A stretch of DNA of 43,526 nucleotides from Thermodesulfobacteriota bacterium (lineage in GTDB: Bacteria > Desulfobacterota > Desulfobulbia > Desulfobulbales > Desulfobulbaceae), in assembly GCA_034660835.1 (NCBI GenBank), contig JAYEKB010000113.1, positions 1-43,526 of the forward strand, written 5' to 3'. Each line of letters starts with the position of its first letter. The stretch's first letter is position 1. Positions 10,557-18,912 of this stretch are shown here, one piece after another. The notes beneath the pieces were generated by a model that was not told the origin of the DNA, searched no databases, and was given only the letters and a program-made list of their open reading frames with translations. A program made the position numbers and the translations under genes.

Positions 10557-11222
10557 CAGTAGTGTCCGGTTAGAAAATTGCATTAACTAACGGGAAGTAT
10601 TAATAAAAAAATCGAGAGAGGTACATTTTTTCCTTGACAAAACTCTGAGAATAAAGGCGTCAAATTTTCATAACCTTAATGATTACAAGGAGTTATGGAA
10701 ATGCCTCGCAAAGTCTTGCACAAGAAACGTTACCTCGTTCCCTCGTTTAAACAAATTGCTAAACCATTAACCCATATCCTGCCCAATGCTCCTCGACTGG
10801 ATTCACGAGGAAACAGGCCGTTGCAAATGGATTTTGAAGATCAGCTCAACGCATTAAGTACTGGGTTGCCACCGACAGGTTTGATCTTACAGCAGAAGAT
10901 ATCGCCTTAATCTACAAACTCCGCTGGGAGATAGAAAAGTTTTTTGGCTGGTGGAAACGTCACCTCCGAGTTTATCATCTCATTGCACGGAGCAAACATG
11001 GCTTGATGGTGCAAATTTTATCAGGTCTTATCACTTATCTCTTGCTTGCCATTTATTGCCATGAGCAGCATGGTGAGCAGGTTTCAATAAAGCGAGTCAG
11101 AGAATTACGAATTAAAATCCAAAACGAAACACGAGAATTAGAAAGTGTACCGCCCGACCCTGACGTTCTGAATTCTCAAAATTCTGATCCACTATATGCA
11201 AGTCCTTAACCAGACATTAATG
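10557..11222 (+). mobile_element. internally deleted IS4-family insertion sequence (666 bp) with 16-bp imperfect terminal IRs and a 9-bp target-site duplication
   Basis: IRL is CAGTAGTGTCCGGTTA (10557-10572). IRR is TAACCAGACATTAATG (11207-11222). They match at 13/16 positions with CA..TG termini. The identical 9-mer ATTCTCACT flanks both ends (10548-10556 and 11223-11231). Confidence 0.8.
10695..11209 (+). pseudogene. IS4-family transposase remnant (N-terminal ~70 aa fused out of frame to the C-terminal ~100 aa)
   Basis: A third frame reads 'YWVATDRFDLTAEDIALIYKLRWEIEKFFGWWKRHLRVYHLIARSKHGLMVQILSGLITYLLL'. This is the YxxRWxIExxF / K-containing C-terminal DDE_Tnp_1 signature. It is split over two or more frames, and the central catalytic region is absent. 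Confidence 0.8.
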
Positions 11223-11245
11223 ATTCTCACTCCCTCTTTGTTTCG

Positions 11246-11566
11246 CTATTCTTCTTGTAGTTTATCGGGCTTGGGTTGAAACTCATTTAGAGGTTCATCC
11301 CAATCTTCTGAACGGGTATCGGTGATTTCGGTGCCGTAATCATCTTTATTCCCAATATCCAATGGTCCTGACCAATTCATCGGTGCTTCACACGATTCTA
11401 TGTCTAATTGATACCAGGTATCTAAATCAAATTCCTCCAGATCTCCGTCAAAGTGCTGCACCTCTACAGTCTTTCCGATCTCATCCACTGCCGCAACACG
11501 GAAACGTTGACCTTTGCCAAGATGGCAATACCAGTTACCCATAATCGGATCAGCTTCAGTAACCAT
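11246..11566 (-). CDS. conserved hypothetical acidic protein (106 aa)
   Basis: It has a clean ORF and a highly acidic C-terminus. The 'WYCHLGKGQRFRV..VEVQHFDGDLEEFDLDTWYQLD' pattern resembles an uncharacterised DUF family; that is from recall and is not verified. Confidence 0.6.
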   Translation of the reverse strand: MVTEADPIMGNWYCHLGKGQRFRVAAVDEIGKTVEVQHFDGDLEEFDLDTWYQLDIESCEAPMNWSGPLDIGNKDDYGTEITDTRSEDWDEPLNEFQPKPDKLQEE

Positions 11567-11610
11567 TTTTTCTCCTTGTTCTCATTTTCGATTATCCTGT
11601 TCCATGAGTT

Positions 11611-11793
11611 CTAAGGTCTTCTTCTCCCACCTCTTCCTCCAGGGCCTCGTCCCCGGCCGCCAATATCCACCCGATGGATATTGTTACTGCCGCTTTTCGG
11701 ACACACCATTTCTTTTCCTAAACCTCCGATGCCGTGTGGAACTTCCCATTCATAACCGCAAGCGGAACATTGAAACTTTCTTTGGTCAGACAT
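11611..11793 (-). CDS. small Zn-ribbon-like protein with Arg/Gly-rich tail (C3S variant)
   Basis: The 60-aa product is 'MSDQRKFQCSACGYEWEVPHG..MVCPKSGSNNIHRVDIGGRGRGPGGRGGRRRP'. The SD GGGAGGAAAG lies before the ATG. It is a paralogue of 24337-24513. Confidence 0.7.
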   Translation of the reverse strand: MSDQRKFQCSACGYEWEVPHGIGGLGKEMVCPKSGSNNIHRVDIGGRGRGPGGRGGRRRP

Positions 11794-12037
11794 ACTTTCC
11801 TCCCTACTAACTACTTATTTTAACATTAAAAAAGATTATAAAATCGATATCAGCCGGAATACTGATCACTAAATCTATTCAAATTTAGTACATTGTATTT
11901 CTTGACATCTTTCTTAACGGATTATTAGCATTATATGCTCATCCTCTATCCTCATAACCATTTCTTGATTGAACTAAAAAAGTATGCCCGAATAATTCAA
12001 TATCTTTTTTAAAGAACCAAATATGGAGGACCTGTTT

Positions 12038-12418
12038 ATGTCGTCTCATCATTTGAAACCTGACCAACGGAACTGTAACCGATTACAGATGAAAGACAGC
12101 ATTCTTGCTGTCATCCGCGGGGATCTTAACATATCTCTTACCTGTGTAAGAGATATGAATGTAAATGGATTGGGTTGTGAAATAAAGAGCGGGAAAAAAA
12201 TAAAACAACGGCCTGTTATCCTCGATCTTATTTCAAAACGAAACCGTATCATTCTCCGCTCTCTTCCTGCCTGCATTGTCTTTACTAATGAAACAACACT
12301 ACCCAAAAAGGATGAAAAAACCGTATGGAGAAGATGCGGTATAAAATTTGGTAATCTTTCAACTCTTCAAAAAAGGCAATTGGATATTATAATTAAAAAA
12401 TATGCAATTTCCGCATAA
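12038..12418 (+). CDS. PilZ-domain protein (putative c-di-GMP receptor)
   Basis: 'DQRNCNRL' (RxxxR-like) and 'VRDMNVNGLGCEI' (D/NxSxxG-like) have PilZ-like spacing. I prefer ATG 12038 (GGAGG 8 nt upstream) over 12023. Confidence 0.5.
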   Translation: MSSHHLKPDQRNCNRLQMKDSILAVIRGDLNISLTCVRDMNVNGLGCEIKSGKKIKQRPVILDLISKRNRIILRSLPACIVFTNETTLPKKDEKTVWRRCGIKFGNLSTLQKRQLDIIIKKYAISA

Positions 12419-12562
12419 AAAACTGCTTCCAATTCCTTCCTTGTTCTTCACTTTGATCTTGTTGCTGTGTGCCTCGAAAGGGGTTTTCACAGCGGCTTAA
12501 CCTCGTCCTGTTCCAGTCTGCCCATTTTCAGAAAAACTGCCAACTGTTAACAACAAAGGGAA

Positions 12563-14227
12563 TTATGCACCCTTCATCATCGCATCGATATCTTCCTGAA
12601 CAGTGCCGATGGGCTTGATGCCGAACTTTTCAACCAGCACGTTGAGCACGGTCGGCGAAACAAATGCAGGCAGGGTGGGTCCCAGACGGATGCCTTTAAC
12701 GCCAAGAAATAAAAGAGCCAGCAGCACTGCTACCGCTTTCTGCTCATACCAGGCAATATCGTATGAAATCGGCAGTTCATTGATGTCATCAAGTTCGAAG
12801 ACCTCTTTCAGTTTCAGGGCGATCACCGCCAGGGAATAGGAATCATTGCACTGACCGGCATCAAGTACCCGCGGAATTCCGCCTATATCACCAAGATCGA
12901 GTTTGTTGTAACGATATTTTGCGCATCCAGCCGTGAGAATCACCGTATCTTTAGGTAGATTTTCGGCCACCTCAGTGTAGTATTTTCTGGATTTTTGACG
13001 ACCGTCACATCCAGCCATGACAACAAAGCGTTTGATGGCCCCGGATTTCACGGCATCCACGACTTTGTCGGCCAGAGCGAGAACTTGATTGTGGGCAAAT
13101 CCGCCGATAATCTTACCGGTTTCAATTTCAACCGGCGGCTCGCATTTCTTGGCCAGTTCAATCATTTCGGAAAAGTCCTTGGTGCCGCCTTCGGCTCTTT
13201 CCGGAATATGTTTGGCACCTTTATACCCCACAACTCCAGTGGTAAAAAGCCGGTTCAGATAGGTGTCTTTCTTTTTTAACGGCACGAGACAGTTGGTGGT
13301 CAGCAGGACTGGCCCGTTAAAGGATTCGAACTCCTTGAGCTGGTGCCACCAGGAACTCCCGTAGTTGCCCACAAAATGATCATACTTTTTAAAGGCCGGA
13401 TAGGAATTGGCCGGCAGCATTTCTCCGTGAGTATATACATCAACGCCTGTACCCTCCGTCTGCGCGAGCAGTTCTTCCATGTCTTTAAGATCATGGCCGC
13501 TGATCAAAATTGCCGGATTGTTACTAACGCCGATATTGACCTCGGTAATTTCCGGATGGCCATAAGCGGAGGTGTTGGCTTCGTCCAGCAGAGCCATGGT
13601 ATTGACTGCCATTTCACCGGCTTTCATGACCAGCCCGATCATTTCGTCAACCGACAGGTCTTTGGTGGTTGAAGCCAGGGCTTCCATTATAAAATTGTAA
13701 ATTTCATCTTTTTCTTTTCCCAGAGTTGCGGCATGTTCCGCATAGGCGGCAATCCCTTTCAGGCCGATGATTAAAAGTTCCCGCAAGGAACGGACATCTT
13801 CATTTTCAGTGGCCAAAACGCCGACAGACCTGGCCTTTTTCTCAAATTCCGTCGGATCATCGGAAAACCACGTTGCGGAATCATGCAGGGGTTCGTCAAA
13901 ATCCTTGCCGTTCTTTTCCCTGTAGGCGGCCAGGAAGCTGTCCTTTAGCTGGTCCCGGCGTTTGAGGCCTTCCCTGATCTTGGCTACAAACCAGTCATCG
14001 TCCCAGTTGGCATTGGTAATGGTGGCAAACAGCCCCTGGGCTGTAAAAAGGCCGGTCTCCTTGTCGGAGATTCCAAATTCTTCTAATTTTTCACGGTAAA
14101 CGGCAATCCCCCTTAGCACATGGATCAATAGGTCCTGCAGATTAGCGGTTTCTTCGGGTTTACCGCAAACGCCCTTGATGGTGCAGCCGGTATTCTTTGC
14201 TGTCTCCTGACATTGAAAACAAAACAT
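12563..14227 (-). CDS. hcp: hybrid cluster protein / hydroxylamine reductase
   Basis: '[23 protein letters not shown]' is the N-terminal Cys cluster. The length is 554 aa, and the C-terminal hybrid-cluster ligands are in conserved context. Confidence 0.95.
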   Translation of the reverse strand: MFCFQCQETAKNTGCTIKGVCGKPEETANLQDLLIHVLRGIAVYREKLEEFGISDKETGLFTAQGLFATITNANWDDDWFVAKIREGLKRRDQLKDSFLAAYREKNGKDFDEPLHDSATWFSDDPTEFEKKARSVGVLATENEDVRSLRELLIIGLKGIAAYAEHAATLGKEKDEIYNFIMEALASTTKDLSVDEMIGLVMKAGEMAVNTMALLDEANTSAYGHPEITEVNIGVSNNPAILISGHDLKDMEELLAQTEGTGVDVYTHGEMLPANSYPAFKKYDHFVGNYGSSWWHQLKEFESFNGPVLLTTNCLVPLKKKDTYLNRLFTTGVVGYKGAKHIPERAEGGTKDFSEMIELAKKCEPPVEIETGKIIGGFAHNQVLALADKVVDAVKSGAIKRFVVMAGCDGRQKSRKYYTEVAENLPKDTVILTAGCAKYRYNKLDLGDIGGIPRVLDAGQCNDSYSLAVIALKLKEVFELDDINELPISYDIAWYEQKAVAVLLALLFLGVKGIRLGPTLPAFVSPTVLNVLVEKFGIKPIGTVQEDIDAMMKGA

Positions 14228-14774
14228 GGGATTCCTCCTTTTAGGGTTATTGATTTTTTTTTGATTAGATTATGGAGTGTTGCGAATTGCAAAATTTTTT
14301 TTGTAAACGAAGGACTTCTGGACCCTCTGTTAATGCAGGCTCCATTTTATTGCAAACATACGAATCAACGAAATTGGTCTGTGGTCTGCATTAAACACGG
14401 CTATAATTAAAAATAATCATGATAGAGAATGGCACAAGTAACATTTTGTGCTTATGCAAAAAAAAACGGGTGATAAGTAAATATGATTCGGCTTTCGTAT
14501 TTTGAGCCCAGATAAATTAACAGGGTAGTTGCCAGTTTTTCACATTTTGATAATTCATGCTGGAATAGTTGGCTGGCTGGGTTAAATAATGAATATCAAG
14601 AAATGAAAGCCTGGCAGCCATTTTATATCGGGTTCGAGTTCCAAGTCCACCTTACCGTTTTCGTCAAGGATGGACAGATATTCCAGCTGATGAGATAAAT
14701 GGATGGGTGTCTTAGGCATCTTCAACTCCTTGGGCAAATGGCTATCCTGATCATGATTAAAAGATCGGGAAACT

Positions 14775-14960
14775 CTATTCTTCTATAATTATTGCCTCGG
14801 CAGGACACTCTTCGGCTGCCTCTCGGCAGGCTTGTTGATATTCTTCGGGAACTTCGTCTACTATGACTTCAGCAATATCACCCTCCAGGACAAAGACCTC
14901 GGGACATATTTCAACGCATTGTTCACAGGCAATGCATTCATCAGTGATAGTGATTTTCAT
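14775..14960 (-). CDS. small ferredoxin (single [4Fe-4S]/[3Fe-4S] type)
   Basis: The 61-aa product has 'CIACEQCVEICP' plus a distal 'CP' and is very acidic. Confidence 0.85.
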   Translation of the reverse strand: MKITITDECIACEQCVEICPEVFVLEGDIAEVIVDEVPEEYQQACREAAEECPAEAIIIEE

Positions 14961-15134
14961 GAGCTTATCCTCCTGTTACAGATTGGTTTATATTCAAAGA
15001 GATTATCCGGAAGTCACTGGTCCCCGGTCGTGTAATGCCGGAGACCAAAGCTTTCATTGTACGTTGAGGCTGGCGATTCTAGTCCAGCCATGCTGGTTAA
15101 TTAATAATTCGGGACAGTCAGCAGATGCTCAAAG

Positions 15135-16295
15135 ATGACAATGAACCGGGCATCATTCTTCAATAAATCCTGTACCGTTACATACTTGTTTTATTCTTTT
15201 GGAATGTTGACCTGGCTTAAAAATCAAAAAGAGCAGATCATAAGCCCGGTTCTTGACTGGGTCCAGATCGAGGTGTCCACCCGCTGCAATGCAACCTGTA
15301 TTTACTGCCCTCACACCTTGGCAAGTAAAAGTTGGCAAAGTTCCCATTTTCCGTTGACGTTCTTTTATGACCTGCTCCCTTCGCTTGGTCATACCAAACT
15401 GGTATTCCTGCAGGGATGGGGGGAACCACTTCTTCACCCGGAACTCTTTGAAATGGTGCGGCTCTGTAAAAACCGAAACAAAATGGTCGGCTTTACTACC
15501 AACGGCATGTTGCTTAATAAGAAGACTATCCATGTCATTGTTGATCTCCAGGTGGATATCCTGGGAATCAGTTTCGCCGGCACCACTTCCTCCACTCATA
15601 ATCGAATTCGAAAAGGAACGGATTTTGACACCGTAGTGATGGCTCTTGACTATCTGCGGCGTATCAAGGCTGAAAGGAGAACCACAAAACCAGCCGTTCA
15701 TCTCGCCTATCTCATGCTCGCCTCCAACTTTGAAGAACTCAGCGGGATTCCCCGCCTGGCCGAAAAAGTGGGAGCAGAGCAGGTAGTGGCCAGCAACCTT
15801 ACCATGATCCTCGATCCGCAGTTATCTCGGGAAGCACTCTTTAATAATCCACAGCGGCTCGACGAGTATAACCGAACATTGGCAAGGATAAAAAAAGAAG
15901 CCGCCGGACAAAGAAAAAGAATTCTGTTTGAATATCAGGGTCCCGGTCTTGATAAAAGTTCCTTTTCCTGTCCTGAAAATGTCTGTCGGGCATGTGTTAT
16001 CAACGTGGCCGGTGAGGTAGGTCCTTGTGTTTTCACCAATACGATTTTGTCGGGAAGCTCCAGCAAAACAGCAACAAAAAAAATTATGCCCATTTTCAAA
16101 AACCGGCCAATCCCCCTTGAAACCTTCTCTTTCGGCAACATCAAAAACAACAGCCTTACTAGGATCTGGCAGAGTAAAAAGTACAGGGAGTTCAGAAATA
16201 TCTTTGATCCTGACACCAAATTATCTGCAAGGCAGATTTCGGCAGAAATGCCTACCTCCTGCCGTACCTGCTACAAACGAATGTTATCCTCCTGA
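15135..16295 (+). CDS. radical SAM/SPASM-domain protein
   Basis: 'VSTRCNATCIYCPH' is the CxxxCxxC motif. The C-terminal auxiliary-cluster region is 'CPENVCRACVINVAGEVGPCVF..FGNIKNNSLTRIW..CRTCYK' (SPASM pattern). The start is uncertain (15135 or 15204). Confidence 0.85.
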   Translation: MTMNRASFFNKSCTVTYLFYSFGMLTWLKNQKEQIISPVLDWVQIEVSTRCNATCIYCPHTLASKSWQSSHFPLTFFYDLLPSLGHTKLVFLQGWGEPLLHPELFEMVRLCKNRNKMVGFTTNGMLLNKKTIHVIVDLQVDILGISFAGTTSSTHNRIRKGTDFDTVVMALDYLRRIKAERRTTKPAVHLAYLMLASNFEELSGIPRLAEKVGAEQVVASNLTMILDPQLSREALFNNPQRLDEYNRTLARIKKEAAGQRKRILFEYQGPGLDKSSFSCPENVCRACVINVAGEVGPCVFTNTILSGSSSKTATKKIMPIFKNRPIPLETFSFGNIKNNSLTRIWQSKKYREFRNIFDPDTKLSARQISAEMPTSCRTCYKRMLSS

Positions 16296-16505
16296 ATTCA
16301 AGTCAGGCCGCCAAAGTCAAATCGGCAGCACCGATAGTCTTGTTTCGACTATAGCCTTGTCTCAAGCAAACAAACACCATCGGTAAATTTTGAAAAATGA
16401 GTCAAAATTTAAAATTTACAAATCCCATAAGATGATTATTATGCTTATAAGCACAAAATAATTTTATTTAATCAAAAAATTTAAAGCGTTCTTAAAAGGA
16501 GAGTC

Positions 16506-17234
16506 ATGAAAACAACACTCAAGATGGCGGAAAGAAAAAGAGCACTCAAGGTTACGGATTTTCATGAAAGCCTGGGAGGATTTGGCAAAAAACTCTTGGC
16601 TGGGATGGGCATTAAAAAAGGGGCCAAAATCGAAATCGACCCAGCGCATGTATCGCAAATTGTATTACAATACAAGGGAAAAGAAATACAGTTGGGGTAT
16701 GAGTCTCTGATGAGCGTTGTTGTGGGTGATCGGAGACTGACAGAGCTTACTCCAAAGGAGTTAGGAACAATCTCTGCTCTGGAAGTTGGGCGAGGTGAGC
16801 TGGCAAAATTTACAGCCTTAGGTATTAAGGTAGGAGCAATTGTTGAAGTTAAAAAAATTGTTCCCGGCACCGGGCCACTTTTTGTCGAAATCCAGGGAGC
16901 ACATATTGCCATTGTCAATGTTGAAGGATTTGTCATTGCCGGTGAGGAGTTGTATGAATATAATTTGCCCGGAGATGTGGTGTTTGTTGAGGTGAAGGGA
17001 AAAGAGAAGCAGCTTTGCAGCATGAAACCTGGAGAAAAAGGAAAGATCAGTTCCATTGCCGGCAATCCCGAACTTTTAGCTGAACTTGATCGGCACTGGA
17101 TTAAGGAGGGGAATACAGTTAAGGCATTACATCGCCAAGAAGCGGAATCTCATGCATTGATGGTCTCAGTAAAGGGAACATGCCATCATATCCCCAAAGG
17201 TCTTACGGAAAAAGTATACGTTGAGGTCGTATAG
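16506..17234 (+). CDS. protein with three tandem FeoA-like (SH3-type) domains
   Basis: The pattern 'L..l..G..g.I..i......l..lGI.vGa.v.v..' repeats three times, for example 'ELGTISALEVGRGELAKFTALGIKVGAIVEVKK' and 'PGEKGKISSIAGNPELLAELDRHWIKEGNTVKAL'. A strong SD (AAAAGGAGAG) is present. Confidence 0.65.
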   Translation: MKTTLKMAERKRALKVTDFHESLGGFGKKLLAGMGIKKGAKIEIDPAHVSQIVLQYKGKEIQLGYESLMSVVVGDRRLTELTPKELGTISALEVGRGELAKFTALGIKVGAIVEVKKIVPGTGPLFVEIQGAHIAIVNVEGFVIAGEELYEYNLPGDVVFVEVKGKEKQLCSMKPGEKGKISSIAGNPELLAELDRHWIKEGNTVKALHRQEAESHALMVSVKGTCHHIPKGLTEKVYVEVV

Positions 17235-17292
17235 CGGACGTCTGTTTTGAGTCAGGTACGCCAATCTATCTTCTAAAAAGGAGGTAAGAAAA

Positions 17293-17877
17293 ATGCCAAG
17301 ACGTGATGGAACAGGCCCAGAGATGGGCAGAGGAGCAGGAAAAGGCGGCGGTCGCGGTCGAGGAGGTGGCTATGCAAAAGGACCAGGTGGAGACTGTATC
17401 TGCCCAAAGTGTGGTGAAAGGTTAGTCCATCAACTGGGAGCAACCTGCTATAACCAGAAATGCCCTAAGTGTGGAAGCACTATGATCAGGGAACTGACCT
17501 TACTATCGAAAGGAAGGACTATGAAACTTTGTGTAAGTGCAATCGGAAGGGAAATGACGTCAAAGGTTTATGGGGCATTTGGTAGAGCTCCTTATCTGCT
17601 TATCGTTGATACGGAAACATTGGAGATGGAGGCTTTGGACAACACTGCGGCAAATGTCAGCCAGGGTGCTGGTATTGGTACAGCCCAGATTATTGCCAAT
17701 AAAGGTGTTGATGCTCTCTTGACCGGCCATGTGGGACCTACTAATGCCTACACAGCATTGGAAAGCGCTGGCATTACTATTTATGAGGGTGCTTCGATCG
17801 ACGACACTGTACAAGAGACAGTAAATAAATTTACGCAGGGTCAAGCCAAGGAAAGCACGGATGCCGGGGGGAGGTGA
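17293..17877 (+). CDS. fusion protein: Gly/Arg-rich DUF5320-like N-terminus + C4 Zn-ribbon + NifX/NifB-type (Nitro_FeMo-Co) domain
   Basis: 'MPRRDGTGPEMGRGAGKGGGRGRGGG' is a DUF5320-like start. The Zn-ribbon is 'CICPKCG..CPKCG'. 'KLCVSAIGRE..GRAPYLLIVDTETLEMEALDN...GAGIGTAQIIANKGVDALLTGHVGPTNAYTALESAGITIYEG' matches the dinitrogenase FeMo-cofactor-binding fold pattern. The SD is AAAGGAGG. Confidence 0.8.
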   Translation: MPRRDGTGPEMGRGAGKGGGRGRGGGYAKGPGGDCICPKCGERLVHQLGATCYNQKCPKCGSTMIRELTLLSKGRTMKLCVSAIGREMTSKVYGAFGRAPYLLIVDTETLEMEALDNTAANVSQGAGIGTAQIIANKGVDALLTGHVGPTNAYTALESAGITIYEGASIDDTVQETVNKFTQGQAKESTDAGGR

Positions 17878-17986
17878 GGTCGTATGCGGTCTGGGAATGG
17901 GTAGAGGCAGAGGCGGCGGTCGATGTAGAGGCCGTGGGATGGGCATGGGCATGGGACCGGGGCAAGGAAGAGGGAGAAGAAGTTGA
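17861..17986 (+). CDS. unlisted 41-aa Gly/Arg/Met-rich ORF (DUF5320-like peptide)
   Basis: Hand translation of frame 2 gives MPGGGGEVVCGLGMGRGRGGGRCRGRGMGMGMGPGQGRGRRS*. Its ATG overlaps the end of the upstream CDS, and its TGA overlaps the TTG start of the next CDS. The composition mirrors the N-terminus of 17293-17877. Confidence 0.35.
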   Translation: MPGGGEVVCGLGMGRGRGGGRCRGRGMGMGMGPGQGRGRRS

Positions 17987-18912
17987 TTACCCGGTTGCGA
18001 CCGGAAATCATCCAGAGCTTTCACCGTAAGCCGTTTTCTACACCGGTCATCGGTGTTACCGGCGGTAAGGGCGGAGTGGGAAAAACCACAGTAGCTGTCA
18101 ATATAGCCGCCTCCCTGGCTGATATGGGAATGCGGGTGGCATTAGTTGACGCTGATGTAGATGCCCCTAATGCAGCCATTCTGCTTAGTCTCCCGCAGGA
18201 ACAGCCCCTTGATGTGACAAGCACCATACCGATCTTTGATGATGAAAAATGCAACGGTTGCGGGGAATGCATTAAGGCCTGCCGACTCAATAGCCTTTTA
18301 CTGCCCAAAGGTCAAACGGTACTTCTTTTGGGGGAATGTAATGGTTGTGAGGCATGTCTCCTGGTCTGTCCTACCGAGGCGATCTACCGAGGTCAGAGGA
18401 TCGTCGGCCAGACCTATAAAACCGTCAATAAAAATCTTACCCTTTACACCGGTGAACTCCAGCCAGGCCTTGAAGAAAGTGCCCTGGTTGTTAACGAGCT
18501 GAAGAAACGGGTATTTGACGAGGCTGATCAGTTCGATATCATCGTTGTAGACACTTCGCCGGGAACGCACTGCAACGTGATCAATGCCTTGAAAGGTGCT
18601 GATAGAGTGTTAGCCGTCACTGAACCGACCCCACTGGGAGATCATGACCTAGATCTCATCTTGTCCCTTCTGGATCAATTCGAAGTGAAGCGGACCATAC
18701 TGGTAAACCGCGCTGATCTGCCGGGAGGCAAAGGACTCATCGAGAAGACAGCGAAAAAACATGAAACAGCTGTGACGGCTGAACTGGAGATGGATGATCA
18801 ACTCCTTCAAAGTTACGTGGCAGGGATACCGGTTGTTCGGATGTTTCCCCAGTCAAAACCGGCAAAAATACTGAATAACCTTGCCCGAAATATTGCAGAG
18901 GTCAAGGTATGA
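17983..18912 (+). CDS. MinD/ParA-superfamily P-loop ATPase with inserted 2x[4Fe-4S] ferredoxin domain (COG1149-like)
   Basis: 'GVTGGKGGVGKTTVAVN' is the deviant Walker A. The ferredoxin insert reads 'CNGCGECIKACR..CNGCEACLLVCP'. Walker B is 'DIIVVDTSPGTH'. The start is TTG 17983 (uncertain). Confidence 0.85.
   Translation: MITRLRPEIIQSFHRKPFSTPVIGVTGGKGGVGKTTVAVNIAASLADMGMRVALVDADVDAPNAAILLSLPQEQPLDVTSTIPIFDDEKCNGCGECIKACRLNSLLLPKGQTVLLLGECNGCEACLLVCPTEAIYRGQRIVGQTYKTVNKNLTLYTGELQPGLEESALVVNELKKRVFDEADQFDIIVVDTSPGTHCNVINALKGADRVLAVTEPTPLGDHDLDLILSLLDQFEVKRTILVNRADLPGGKGLIEKTAKKHETAVTAELEMDDQLLQSYVAGIPVVRMFPQSKPAKILNNLARNIAEVKV

Noticed and set aside
14432-14451. Inverted repeat GCACAA-N8-TTGTGC about 205 nt upstream of hcp, considered as an HcpR/CRP-FNR site
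   Set aside because: The half-site orientation and spacing do not match TGTGA-N6-TCACA or TTGAT-N4-ATCAA type sites. It may still be a site for another regulator, but I cannot support a call.
14626-14645. tRNA-like T-loop string GGGTTCGAGTTCC
   Set aside because: No flanking acceptor, D or anticodon arms can be folded, and it lies inside the 45-codon remnant ORF.
17560-18024. 154-aa minus-strand Pro/Arg-rich ORF
   Set aside because: It is the mirror image of Gly/Arg-coding DNA (GGN/CGN read as NCC/NCG). It overlaps three co-directional plus-strand genes that have good motifs and SDs.
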